Assembly: GCF_006345805.1 (NCBI RefSeq) | Contig: NC_043002.1 | Location: 13,144,001-13,208,000, forward strand | Length of the DNA stretch: 64,000 nt | From: Octopus sinensis | Taxonomy: Eukaryota | Reading direction: 5' to 3' | Part shown: positions 12,776 to 26,063 of the stretch, one piece after another | How positions within the stretch are numbered: the first letter of the stretch is position 1 | Layout: each line of letters begins with the position of its first letter | The notes under the pieces: model-generated | The model's database searches: none | What the model was told of the DNA's origin: nothing | The model's input: only the letters and a program-made list of their open reading frames with translations | Program-made: the position numbers and the translations under genes

Positions 12776-13425
12776 CCATAATTGGAAATCCCCCGGTAAA
12801 GATAGGGTGCCGAATTTCTGGCTCGCATCGCTCCCATGCGCACACGGTAAGCTAGTTCAGCTGCTCAATGGAATTATGAGAGACCCAAAGAAAACACCTG
12901 AATGGTTAGCAAGTGGTATTACTTACCTACTCCCAAAGAATAACGAAACCAACCTTTCAAAAAAACTATCGGCCTATAACCTGTCTATCCACCACGTATA
13001 AAATCCTAACATCTATCCTGGCGGAGAAAACATATGCATTCATGGAGAAGAACGATATTTTCCCCATTGAAGAAAAAGGGTGTCGCCGAGGCTCATACGG
13101 ATGCAAAGATCAACTGCTAAATAATCGTATGATAAAGAAGGGAACCGAAAAATATATGAGAATGATCCCTGGCTTACCATCCCTGCAAGAAGTGCAAAAG
13201 ATTGTCTTAACTGGTACATCACACGTATTGAGAAGAGCATTGTCGCTGTGAGAGCTGTTACTGCCCATGTATTTTAATTTAACCTTAAAAATAAAAAAAT
13301 GAACGAACTATTGAGTTTGGTTTAATGGCCTACCAATGTATACTATGAGTTTCTTTGCCCTAGGAGTCGGGAAGACACTCGGCAAGAAATGGAAGCAAAT
13401 TTGAAAGAAGAAGAAAAAAAAATAA
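12774..13425 (+). mobile_element. Internally deleted R4/Dong copy: early RT fused to the last codons and 3'UTR
   Basis: NWKSPGKD, PEWLASGITYLLPK, NYRPITCLSTTYKILT, KGCRRGSYGCKDQLL, then directly KKGTEKYMRMIPGL..HVLRRALSL. The 3'UTR matches 33980-34158 and ends in (AAT)n. Confidence 0.88.
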
Positions 13426-13448
13426 TAATAATTTTATCATTATTATTA

Positions 13449-14250
13449 GACCAAATCAGTCTGTTTAGAAGGACTTTCGAGGTGGGTACGATGGATAACT
13501 TACAGAAATCCCTTGCTTAGCAGTGCTACAGGGGTGGGGAGGACTGCCGGTTCGAGATAAACTCTACAGCACGGAAGTACTGTCAGACGGACCTGCCCGA
13601 GATGCGTGCGGAGCGACGAAACCGCTCTATACACACTCGCCCAGTGTCCTTGCATTACTGACTGGTGGTGTTATTTTGAACAGCTGTTATCACGTGTAGG
13701 ACGGAACCGGCTATCAGCCGAGTCTATAGTGAAGTTCGGTCCACCGCTTTCCATCGGTCGGGAAGGGCAAGCAATTTTTCTCTGTCTGATAGTAGTAGCG
13801 AAATAAGTTGTATAGTTGACCAGGTTGAAAGGACCGAAGACAGACACTTTTCTCTCCGGCTAGTCCCTCATCAACTTTTTCAAATTTCACTTGGAGAGGA
13901 AGATGAGGGTAGAGAGAGAAGTGCTGCCTCCCAGTACATTAGCTTAAAGGTGGGTGAATGTAGCGAAGATGACCCGTGTGAGTGGACCTACTTTAATAAT
14001 GCGCCTGTAGCCTCGTTAATTTGAGAGGGAGAAGGGTGCTCTTCCTAGATGCCCTCGAAGCGTTGAGTGGTTCAGGATTTGTGGGGTACCTGAGCCAACT
14101 CCAGGGGGTTACTCCAGCCCTATTGAGGAACATTCATTGATATATTCTTTTGTAGGATGTCATTGTTATTCTTTTAATTGTGTACTCGTTGTTTCTGTGT
14201 AAAAGCCCCACTGTCCATGCCTACTGTATCGTCTCCTATATGTCCCCTAT
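13449..14250 (+). mobile_element. Tx1 3' fragment, diverged subfamily with a different 3'UTR
   Basis: Homologous to copy 1 from ~5295 (MDNLQKSL, CPRC..SDETALYTLAQCP, SAESIV, LIVVAK). Confidence 0.8.
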
Positions 14251-14254
14251 CTAT

Positions 14255-14375
14255 TGTTTTGTCATGGTATAAAAGATGTGCTACAGCAAATATTCTACTA
14301 AGTATCGAAGATTTGCCTGTCATTTGTTTGACCTTAACCAGTTGAGCATGTCCCTTAGTGGATATAAAAGCTAAA
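14255..14375 (+). mobile_element. Fragment of the same non-coding family as 35322-35923
   Basis: Shared ATTGTTTTGTC(A/T)TGGTATAAAAGATG..CTACAGCAAATATTCT..TTTGACCTTAACCAGTTGA(G/C)CATGTCCCTTAGTGG. Confidence 0.75.
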
Positions 14376-14424
14376 CACCTACTATGTCGTCCCCTATATA
14401 AGAAGACCAGTCAGAGAGTGAAAA

Positions 14425-14752
14425 CCACCGCCAAGGCAACACCAATGTCTTCTCAACGATTAATCGGAGATGATTTTTAAAATGAGAATATCTGAAATAA
14501 ACTCAACTGCTTTCACAAACGATAATACTAAAAATGAACCCGACCGCTCTCAAAAATTAAGTGAGAAAAACAGGAAAAATAATCCAGAATCCTCGTCCAG
14601 TAATGGATCCATCCCAAAATCGAATCATTTCGTGCCAGTTACGAGGCCAAGCATCCTTGAAAGTTTCATCCGAATCCATCCAGCGGTTCTTGAGATATCT
14701 TGTCCATGGACAAATGAATAAACAAGCACGAATGAAAACAATACCTCCGCCT
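14425..14752 (+). mobile_element. Possible Helentron-associated (HINE-like) non-autonomous element
   Basis: CCGCCAAGG near the left end and GAAAACAATACCTCCGCC near the right end resemble HINE subterminal motifs; from recall, not verified. Confidence 0.35.
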
Positions 14753-15228
14753 TCACATATATACCTTACACACACACACACACACACACACACAAAGATT
14801 TATGTATATATCAAATCCATTAGGGATCACTATCCGACATAATTATTATATCTAAGTTTACTAATTCAAATAAATTAAAATGAGAAATAGCATTTTGCAC
14901 CATACAAAATATTGCCGGATTGCTCACAACCATTTGCTTACTGTTTCACTTTGTCCACCATATATGTTCAAACATCGAAAGATTGTCACGTGTATATTTA
15001 TGTGTGTGTGTATGTGTGTGATTACCTTTGTGTATGTCTGCAGAGTAGTTGGCTATTCCAGGTGAATCATTCCATTATAGATGTTCTACCTCCTCTCGCT
15101 GTGAGGCGTGTATCTTTACCACGAAGGAAGGTGAAGAAGATCAGCTGGAATGATAAGGAAAAGCAGATACAACACGCATTAAGCATGTGATAAAGACGTG
15201 ATAGTAAAGAACAGTAATTCAGCACATA

Positions 15229-16165
<937 letters not shown>

Positions 16166-16420
16166 CGTACCCTTTTGTTCTGTGCTGTACCCGACTACTG
16201 CAACTGATATTGGTGAGTAGAGAAAGCGAGAAGGAAAAAAAAAAGAATACAGAAAAGAGAGAGAGAAGAGGAGGAGGAGGAGAGAGACGGAGGGAGGGAG
16301 GGGAAGAAGGAAAGAATGATAAGTTACCGTTCTGAATTCCTCACACTTTCTTTTGGCATTTGATCTTGTTTCGTCTTGCTTTGTGTTTCTTTGATTCTTG
16401 TAATAAAAGATTTCTTATCT

Positions 16421-16799
16421 CTTTCTCTTTCTCTTTTACTCTTTTATTTGTTTCAGTCATTTGACTGCGGCCATGCTGGAGCACCGCCTTTTTAGTCGAG
16501 CAAATCGACCCCAGGACTTATTCTTTGTAAGCCTAGTACTTATCCTATCGGACTCTTTTGCCGAACCGCTAAGTAACGGGGACGTAAACATACCAGCGGG
16601 GAACAAACACACACACATTTATATACATATATATACGACAGGCTTCTTTCAGTTTCCGTCTACCAAATCCACTCACAAAGCATTGGTCGGCCTGAGGCTA
16701 TAGTAGAAGACACTTGCCCAAGATGCCACGCAGTGGGACTGAACCCGAAACCATGTGGTTGATTAGCAAGCTACTTACCACACAGCCACTCTTGCGCCT
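16421..16799 (-). mobile_element. tRNA-derived SINE family 1 with a 30-bp TSD
   Basis: A box TGGCTGTGTGGT, B box GGTTCAGTCCC, central microsatellite, (GAGTAAAA)n-like tail. The direct repeat CTTTGATTCTTGTAATAAAAGA(T/C)TTCTTAT lies at 16389-16418 and 16798-16827. Confidence 0.9.
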
Positions 16800-16870
16800 T
16801 TGATTCTTGTAATAAAAGACTTCTTATATTTACAGGAATACACGCACACATATGTAAACATTCACATATA

Positions 16871-17211
16871 GTGGCACTCCGTCGGTTTCGACGACGAGGG
16901 TTTCAGTCGATCCGATGAACGGAACAGCCTGCCCATGAAATTAACGTGCAAGTGGCTGAGCGCTACGCAGACATGTGTACTCTTACCGTAGTTCTCGGTC
17001 CCTTTGAAATACAAGTACAACAGAAACAAGAAAGCGTGAAAGAAAGCTGTGTTGAAAGGGTACAGCAGGGGTCCTCATCACCCCTGCTGGAGCTGGGTGG
17101 AGCTTTAGGTGTTTTCGCTCAATAAACACTCACAACGCCCGGTCTGGTAATCGAAATCGCGATCCCACAACCGCGAGTCCGCTGCCCTAACCACTGGGCT
17201 ATTGCGCCCCC
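16871..17211 (-). mobile_element. tRNA-derived SINE family 3
   Basis: Head GGGGCGCAATAGCCCAGTGGTTAGGGCAGCGGACTCGC..TTCGATTACC; homologous to 63425-63812. Confidence 0.85.
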
Positions 17212-17448
17212 CACCATTCACATATACATACACACACATACATATGCGTGGACCCATTCCCCACTCCCACACATATATATGTTCCTGTGTGTGTGCATGT
17301 GTATGTGTGTGAGTATGTATTTGTAAATATGCAATACATACATATATGCGTTTGTGTATATATATATATGTATGTGTGTAGGCGTGCGTGCATGTGTGTG
17401 CGCGCGCGTATGTGTGTTTGTCTATTTAAAGAATTGATATATAAATAT

Positions 17449-20400
17449 TGGGGGGCAAAGGAAAGTGATTGCGTCACTCATAGCCTCTCCTCTCCAGGTG
17501 TAATGATCGCTGCAGAACTTCTACTTGGCTGCGCTTTGTGGAAAGTTCTTGCTAATGGCCTCTCCTGCACTACTGTGTCCACAGCAGCACCTTCACGCGG
17601 TACCCCCTGTTCTCACTGAGCCTGCTGTGTGGGGCGACCGGGTGCTTGGCGGTATAACCAGGTGGGCAGACTGGGCTCGTTAGCCTTGGTTGGCAGCCAG
17701 TCTAGGAGAAGGAAAACTCTGACTCCAAACCCTCGCTCCGCTGCCTTGCGGATGCTCTTGGGAGAGGGAAAGGCTATGGGAGTAAACCCAGACAGAAAAT
17801 CCGGAGTGGAGCCCCGAAGGCGGTAGGGTGTCGAATCTCGACCCCTTTCCGGCAACTCCTGCAGCCAACCAGACTCCAAACGTACTGCACTGCATTCCTT
17901 TGGATTATGTCTGGGGGGCCGAGAGGGAGATTCTGGTGTCTGGGCAGCCCAGTGTCTTCGTTTCTATCGCCCAGGCTTGCGTCATGGAGAAACTACTCCA
18001 TCGATGGAACAAGCTGAGATGGCAGTTACGAGTTATAAGCCAGGGTGAATTGGCGTAATCCCGGGCGCTACGGGCCGTCTCTAACGGTGGGAGGGACCAT
18101 TTAAGTCCCAATGGTCAGCTACCGCCCGCCTTAAGCTGCACAGCCCCCGGCCAATAATGGTGCTGACCCGCCACAGACTGCCCGCTTCAATGGGTGCTTG
18201 GAGCTAGGACAAAATCTGAAAAGCAGACTGAAAACCCTGCACCAGCAAACAAAGGAAAAACAAACACCCAGTCACCAGTCTTGCGACTGGCCACCTGGAA
18301 TGTCAGGACCATTTGCCCTGGCATCATTGACGATCTACGACAGATGAACGACAGTAGGAAGACAGCAGTCATCAACACCGAATTGAAAAGGCTGAACATC
18401 GACATAGCGGCGCTGCAAGAGACCAGGCTCGCCGCAGACGGCATGCTACGGGAGAAGGACTTGTAATAAGGAGGCCCGCCAGCATGGCGTGGGGTTTGCC
18501 GTGAGGAACAGCTTGCTCCCCATGGTGATCCCTCCTTCAAATGGCTCAGAGCGCATCCTCACTCTTAACCTTGCAACATCAACGAGGAAGGCAAACATAA
18601 TTAGTGCTTATGCCCCAACACTCCACTCTCCTCAGGAAATAAAAGACCGGTTCTATGAGGAGCTCGACGCCACCATCAGCCAGATACCAGGGTCGGAGCC
18701 CATCTTCCTTCTGGGCGACTTCAACGCAAGGGTGGGATCCGATCATGGGGCATGGCCAGATTGCCTTGGACGCTTTGGCGTGGGGAAGGTGAATGAGAAT
18801 GGCCAGAGACTGTTGGAGCTTTGCTCTTACCGGGAACTCTGCGTTTCCAACACATTCTTCATGACTAAGCCGCATCACCAGGTCTCATGGAGGCACCCAA
18901 GGTCCGGACACTGGCACCAACTGGACATGGTCATCACCCGGCGAGCCCACCTCGGCAGTGTGCTTCTCACACGCAGCTACCATGGTGCTGACTGTGATAC
19001 AGACCACTCTTTGGTGTGCAGCAGGGTCCGATTGGCCCCAAAGAAAATCAACCGTCCCGTAGGGAAAAGCCGCCCACGCATCAACACCGCCAGGACAACC
19101 AACCCCGACCTCCGCTCGAAATTCACCAACCGCATCGAGGAGGCCCTTAAAGATCACGCAGCCACGTCCATCGAGGAGAGATGGCAGATTATTCGCGACA
19201 CCACTTGCAGAATAGCCATGTCATCCCTAGGAAAGAGGGAGCGGAGAAATCAAGACTGGTTTGAAGCTCACCTGCCTGAGATGGAGCCTGTCATTGCTGC
19301 CAAGAGGGAAGCACTGGTCAACTATAAGCGCGACCCATCAGAAAAGAACCTGGCTACTCTGAGAACAGCCAGAAGCGACGCCCAGAGGACGGCCAGACGT
19401 TGCGCCAACATCTACTGGCAGAACTTATGCCAGAACATCCAGTGCTGTGCTGACAGTGGTAACGTGAAAGGGATGTACGAGGGGACGAAGAAAGCATTCG
19501 GGCCCACTGTCAGAAAGGTTGCTCCACTGAAGTCCAGAGATGGCGAGGTCATCAAGGACCAAGCGAAGCAGATGGAGAGGTGGGTCGAGCATTACCAGAA
19601 CCTCTACTCCACTGAGAATGTGGTCACCAGGTCTGTCCTCGCCGGCATTCCTGCTCTGCCTGTCATGGAGGAGCTTGACCTGCCTCCAACAAAGGAAGAA
19701 CTGAGCAAAGCAATTGACTCACTCGCTCGGGGCAAGGCACCAGGGCAAGACAGCATCCCCGCAGAAGTCATCCAGTGCGGGAAGCCAGCCCTTCTGGGCC
19801 ATCTCCACGAGCTGCTCTGTCAGTGCTGAGAGGAGGGCTCTGTCCCTAAGGATATGCGTGACGCAAACATCATCAAACTGTATAAAAACAAAGGGGACAG
19901 AAGCGACTGCAATAATTACAGGGGCATATCACTGCTCAGCACTGTCGGTAAGGCATTTGCCAGGGTGGTCCTGAAGAGGTTGCAAATACTTGCAGAGCGT
20001 GTGTACCCCGAGTCTCAGTCTGGCTTTAGGGCAGAGAGGTCTACAATTGACATGATCTTCTCACTCAGGCAGCTTCAAGAAAAGAGTCGAGAACAGAGAC
20101 AGCCCCTATACGTGGCCTTCATCGACCTGGCTAAGGCGTTCGACTCAGTCAGCAGGGAGGGGCTGTTTGCGCTCCTGGGTAGGATAGGTTGCCCTCCCAG
20201 ACTGCTGAAACTCATCACCTCCTTTCACGACGGTATGCAGGGAACAGTGCAGTTTGACGGATCGCCCTCGGAGTCATTCCCCATCCAGAGTGGAGTGAAA
20301 CAGGGTTGCGTTCTGGCGCCGACGCTCTTCGGAATTTTCTTCTCCCTTGTCCTGTCCTATGCCTTCAGAACGTCCGACGACGGAGTGTTCCTCCACACCA

Positions 20401-21470
20401 GGGCTGATGGTGGATTGTTCAATCTTGCGCGCCTCAGAGCTAAGACCAAAGTCCGTCAGGTGCTGATCAGAGAGATCCTCTTTGCTGACGATACCGCTCT
20501 AACATCACACAACCAACCGGGTCTCCAGAGGCTGGTCAGCTCCCTGGTGGATGCCTGCCAAGAGTTCGGCCTTACCATCAGCCTGAAAAAGACAGAGATC
20601 ATGGGCCAGGACGTCGGAGGGGTCCCCAGCATCAGTGTCGGCGACCACAGCTTGCAGGTGGTGAACGAGTTCACTTACCTGGGATCGACGGTCTCCAGCA
20701 GCCTGTCCCTCGAGCCGGAGCTGAACAGACGGATTGGGAAGGCTGCTGCTGCCATGGCTAAGCTCTCCAGGAGAGTGTGGGAAAACAACATGCTCACAAT
20801 AACCACCAAGATCGCAGTGTACCGAGCCTGCGTGCTGAGCACCCTACTCTACGGCAGCGAGAGCTGGACAACATACACCCGGCAGGAATGCCGCCTCAGC
20901 TGCTCCCACATGCGGTGTCTTCGACGGATCCTTGGCATCTCCTGGAAGGACCGAGTGCCAAACGGAGTCATCCTGGAACAGACTAATATGCCAAGCATGT
21001 ATGCCCTCCTCGTGCGGAGACGACTGCGCTGGCTCGGACACGTCTGCCGCATGCAGGACGGTCGCATGCCTAAAGACATCCTGTACAGCGAACTCACCAC
21101 GGGATCCCGACCCAAGGGACGTCCACAGCTACGATACAGGGACGTTGCAAGCGCGACCTGAGGACTGCCAACATCTGTGTGGACACGTGGGAGGAAACAG
21201 CTGCTGACCGCTCTGCCTGGCGTCGGACGGTGAGGAAAGGCGTTTCCATGGCTGAGGAGAGGAGAGCACAGCTGTGGTTGGACAGGCGGGACAGGAGGAG
21301 GACAACTGCAGCAACACCCCACACGTACCCATCGATGTTCGTGTGCAGCAACTGTACCAAGGACTGCCACTCTAGAATTGGACTGTTTAGTCACAGCAGA
21401 CGCTGCACATCATCAAAGTAGGCCCCACCCTTGGCGCAACCCATTGTCTATCAAGACAGACGGGGAAAGA
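17449..21470 (+). mobile_element. Full-length RTE-clade (BovB-like) LINE with a perfect 10-bp TSD ATATAAATAT
   Basis: TSD at 17439-17448 and 21471-21480, ~700-bp 5'UTR with CCAGTCTAGGAGAAGGAAAACTCTGA, single EN-RT ORF, short 3'UTR. Confidence 0.92.
18194..21421 (+). pseudogene. RTE ORF (APE endonuclease, RT, C-terminal C2H2-like finger) with few disruptions
   Basis: LATWNVRT, AALQETRL, SAYAPT, LLGDFNA, DCDTDH, NNYRGISLL, AFIDLAKAFDSV, GVKQGCVLAP, LFADD, CSNCTKDCHSRIGLFSHSRRC. Disruptions: small deletion/stop ~18464, stop 19827-19829, frameshift ~21155. Confidence 0.92.
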
Positions 21471-21480
21471 ATATAAATAT

Positions 21481-21890
21481 CCTTTTCTACGCTAAGTACC
21501 ACGCCCGATATTTTTGGGGTGGAGGCCAGTCGATTAGATCGACTCCAGTACACAACCGATACTTGATTTATCGACCCCGAAAGGATGAAAGGTAAAGTCG
21601 ACCTCGGCGGAATTTGAACTCAGAATGTAAAGCATTTCGCGCGCCGTGCTAATGTTTCTTATTTCTTTATTGCTCACAAGGGGCTAAACATAGAGGGAAC
21701 AAACAAGGACAGGCAAAGGGTTTAAGTCGATTACATCGACCCCAGTGCGTAACTGGTACTTATTTAATCGATCCCGAAAGGATGAAAGGCAAAGTCGACC
21801 TCGGCGGGATTTGAACTCAGAACATAGCAGCAGACGAAATATCGCTAAGCATTTCGCCCGCCGTGCTAACGTTTTTGCCAGCTCGCCGCC
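21481..21890 (-). mobile_element. tRNA-derived SINE family 2, dimeric composite
   Basis: Head GGCGGCGAGCTGGCA(G/A)AAACGTTAGC, B box GAGTTCAAATCCC, two body units joined at AAAGAAATA|AGAAAC. Confidence 0.85.
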
Positions 21891-22297
21891 TTTCATTGAT
21901 ATATAAATATTGAAGAATAAATCCACGGTAATTAAGAGACCAATTACCGTCAGCTGTGTTAACGCTACTTGACACCCACAGTGGACCGTCTTTCATGTAC
22001 ATACATAAATCACTAATACGATTATTAAGAGCAACAAGTTAAACATGTATGTATGTATGTATGTATGTATGTATGTATGTATGTATGTATGTATGTATGT
22101 ATGTATGTATGTGTGTATGTATGTATGCATGTATGTATGTGTGTGGTATGTATGTATGTATGCCATTATTCAATTTATTTCAAGATTTCTTGCTAATAGA
22201 GAAAGAATCGGTTTCTAACCTAGATCCAAGACTTCTTCATTGGAATTTCAACATCACCAACAGGGTTATTTTCGTATGTATGTATGTATGTATGTAT

Positions 22298-23941
22298 GGG
22301 ACAGGGAACAACTCCCTCAAGATTTCCGGGACGCAACAATCGTCCACATTTATAAGCGGAAAGGAGATCGGCAGTCCTGCGACAACCACCGAGGTATCTC
22401 CCTCTTGTCCATAGCAGGCAAGATCCTGGCCCGGGTCCTGCTTGACCGCCTTCTGGAACACTTGGAGCAAGGCCTTCTCCCTGAGAGCCAGTGTGGCTTC
22501 CGCGCGGGTCGAGGGACCACTGATATGATATTCGCCACCCGCCAGCTCCAGGAGAAATGCATGGAGCAGCACCTTGACCTCTGCATGACCTTTGTTGACC
22601 TCACCAAGGCCTTTGATACAGTCAGTCGGGAGGGACTATGGAAGGTCATGGGAAAATTTGGTTGCCCCAGCAAATTTATTGCAATTGTCCGCCAGTTCCA
22701 CGACGGAATGACAGCAGAGTCCTTGAAGACGGCAACTCATCTGAAGCCTTCCAGGTGACCAACAGAGTCAGGCAGGGCTGTGTCCTGGCCCCAACACTGT
22801 TCAGCATCATGTTCTCGGCAATGCGTCCGACGCCTTTAGGGACTGCAAGTCCGGTATCGACATCAAGTACAGGACAGACGGGAAACTTTTCAACTCCAGA
22901 AGATTGCAGGCTGTCACAAAGGTGAGGGAGACAGTCGTCAGAGACTTTCTCTTTGCTGACGACTGCGCCCTTAATGCAATCGATGAGCAGGAGATGCAGC
23001 TCGAGATGGACAGGTTCTCATCAGCCTGTGACAACTTCGGTCTCACCATCAGTGCCAAGAAAACCGAAGTGATGTTTCAGCCAGCCCCCGGCAAACAATA
23101 CCATGAGCCTCAGATAATGGTGAACGGACGGATCCTACGAGTGGTGGAAAACTTCACCTACCTGGGCAGCACTCTCTCCTGCAATGCCAACATAGATGCT
23201 GAAACTATCAACAGAATCTCCAAGGCAAGCAGCGCGTTTGGGAGACTGCGAAAGAAAGTCTGGGAGCGGAGAGGAATCAGCCTCAACACCAAGCTGAAAG
23301 TCTACCGGGCAGTCGTGCTTACCACCCTACTATACGGCTGCGAGACGTGGACTGCTTACCGAAGGCACGAGCGCCAGATAAACCACTTCCATCTCAGGTG
23401 TCTTCGGAACCTCCTTCACATCCGCTGGCAGGACAAAGTCCCAGACACGGAAGTTCTGAAGCAGGCAGATCTCCCTAGCACCATCACAATTATGCGCAAG
23501 GCCCAGCTGAGATGGGCGGGCCACGTCTCCCGCATGTCCGACACTCGCATCCCAAAACAGCTCTTCTACGGTGAACTCGGCCAGGGCAGGCGCAAAGTCG
23601 GGGGAGAAGAAGCGCTACAAGGATAGTCTCAAGGTCTCTCTCAAAGACTTCTCCATCGAACAGAGACCTGGGAGACACTTGCTGCCAACCGCTCATCCTG
23701 GCGCAGCGCAATCACCGTGGGAGCAGGGACAGCCGAGGAGGGACGGATTCGGTCAGCGGAGCAGAAACGTCAGATGCGTAAAGCCAGAGCCGCCAGCACC
23801 AGTAGCACGGCCCCTACCCACTTCTGCCCCACCTGTGGGAGGGGCTTCCTTGCCCGGATTGGCCTCACCAGCCACCTCAGGTCTCATGGCGACAGTTCCA
23901 TCAGATGATGTCAGTTGGTCATCTTCGAACCGAAGGACGAA
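22298..23941 (+). mobile_element. 5'-truncated RTE (BovB-like) copy, second subfamily, embedded in (TATG)n
   Basis: PQDFRDATIVHIYKRKGDR, FVDLTKAFDTV, FLFADD, CPTCGRGFLARIGLTSHLRSH, 3'UTR GGTCATCTTCGAACCGAAGGACGAAC; (TATG)n on both sides. Confidence 0.92.
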
Positions 23942-24124
23942 CATTATTTATTATGTATGTATGTATGTATGTATGTATGTATGTATGTATGTATGTATGT
24001 ATGTATGTATGTATGTATGTGCAGATTTGTATGTGTTATATATATGTATTCTCATGCATATTGTTGCATATCTAGACATGCACATATATATTTGAATGAT
24101 AAACTTCTGGAAAGTTTTACAGAT

Positions 24125-24890
24125 TTCTACAGTTCCAGTGATAGATTGGATCTGTCGTCTCCGAATTAGCTTTCACCTTTCTGGTTTTGAAAAGCCTAAT
24201 TTCTCTAGATTGGTATTTATGCAGTGTGTTACGTATCCCAGGGCCCCAATAATTACAGGTATAAATCTGAACTTGTAATCTGAATAGAGTAACTGCAGAT
24301 TTCTCAATAGTTCAGCATAGGTGTTCTCTTTTTCACCGATCGTCAGCTTTATGTTAAGATCTGCTGAGCAGATAATTTCCACAACTATGCACGGTTTCTC
24401 TTCTCTATCCCAAATCATTATATCAAATCTGCTATGCTTACATTTTATTGAGGTCTTCACTGGGGAATTCCACCAGTACTCCTTTTTATTATGGGTGGCT
24501 ATGGCTTCTTCCATATTGCGGGTTCTTATTTCTTTGTCTTCGAGATTATCCGTTCGCCAGATTTTCGTTATTGAATCTCCTAGCTACAACTTCTTGTCTC
24601 ATCGGTAGATAATACCGTGAAGAAATTTTCGGACGACTGCTTATGATGTAGATGATATCTTCAGTGTGAATGCCACAAAGATTGCATCGGTCGTCACATT
24701 TTACTTCTTTTCCTGCATCTCTATATCTTTTGTGCATCAGTTACTTGGTTGATATTTCCTGTTCTTCGATTGCAAAGGCATACCCTTCACAGTGGGAGGT
24801 AGTATTCTGGCTATTGGTCCATGATAAACTCCTTTATGATCGATATTACTCTCATCACGTAGATTTCTACTAACATACCAATGCATAGTC
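24125..24890 (-). mobile_element. Degenerate RLE-type (R4/NeSL-like) non-LTR fragment
   Basis: EGYAFAIEEQEI, CNLCGIHTEDI, HSRFDIMIWD..VVEI, EKENTY, FIPVIIGALG. Confidence 0.75.
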
Positions 24891-24965
24891 TTATGTATGT
24901 ATGTATGTATGTATGTATGTATGTATGTATGTATGTATGTATGTATGTATGTATGTATGTATGTA

Positions 24966-25210
24966 CTAATCATATCTGTCAGGCATGTGGAAGAGAGTGT
25001 AATTCGGCAAGAGGACTTAAACGACATGCAAAGGTACATGAAGCCCAGTTCCAACTACAGCCGGCTATTACTGGTAAAGGTTTTAGTTGCCAATTCTGTA
25101 CAAGATATTGTAGATCTTTAGCTGGGCTAAAATGTCACATTCGATCACAGCACCAATAACAGTTAAGCTTCGTGCAATGGCCATACTCGATAATGAGGGG
25201 GCAGCCATCA
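24966..25210 (+). mobile_element. RTE 3' end fragment (two C2H2 fingers + 3'UTR) between (TATG)n tracts
   Basis: CQACGRECNSARGLKRHAKVH and CQFCTRYCRSLAGLKCHIRSQH, then GGCCATACTCGATAATGAGGGGGCAGCCATCA, an RTE-type terminus. Confidence 0.7.
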
Positions 25211-25224
25211 TGTATGTACGTACG

Positions 25225-25420
25225 TACGTACGTACGGAGTGGAGGTTCCCGAAAGAAACTGGAATTGCAATATTTTATTCACTTATAACATGTTTATATT
25301 TTTACCGCGTTCAAACTATTCTCCATTTGAAGCAATGCATCGATCCAGACGCGTTTCCCACTGCTGGAACTCTTGTGAAGTGATGCCTTTTAACGCCTCC
25401 GTCGTTTTTTCCTTCACTTT
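25225..25420 (-). mobile_element. mariner transposase 3' relic
   Basis: Minus-strand translation KTTEALKGITSQEFQQWETRLDRCIASNGE*FE, typical of mariner C-termini. Confidence 0.6.
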
Positions 25421-25479
25421 TGACTTTTATTACGCATGCTTACCATTGGTATAAATTATTATTTTAATGTTTACCATTG

Positions 25480-25498
25480 TATGTATATATATATACAT

Positions 25499-25594
<96 letters not shown>

Positions 25595-25624
25595 ATATAT
25601 GTATGTACATAGTATATATATATC

Positions 25625-25678
<54 letters not shown>

Positions 25679-25896
25679 CATACGTATATATATGTATACA
25701 CATATATATACACATATACACACACATATATATATATATATACATATATATGTGTATGTATATGTATGTATATATATATATGTATATATATATATATACA
25801 AACATATATATACATATATATATGTATATATGTATATATATGTTTGTATATATATATATATATATATGTATACATACACACATACGCATATATACG
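25480..25896. repeat. Compound (TA)n/(TATG)n/(CA)n tract
   Basis: Direct reading. Confidence 0.95.
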
Positions 25897-26063
25897 ATGA
25901 GCTTTTTTGAATTTTCGTCTACCAAATCCACTCACAATGGTTCATTCAGCCCGATAGCATAGTAGAAAACACCTCACCCTAGCTGCCGCCTCGCAATGAG
26001 ACTGAACCCGGAACCACGCGTTTAGCACGCAAAACTCCTTACTACGCACCTACGCCCGTGCCT
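25897..26063 (-). mobile_element. SINE family 1, diverged 5' half
   Basis: Homologous to the head and first body segment of family 1. Confidence 0.7.

Noticed and set aside
17600-17760. HDV-like ribozyme in the RTE 5'UTR
   Set aside because: A hairpin (AGACTGG..CCAGTCT) is present, but I could not build the nested double pseudoknot; an RNArobo/Infernal search would decide.
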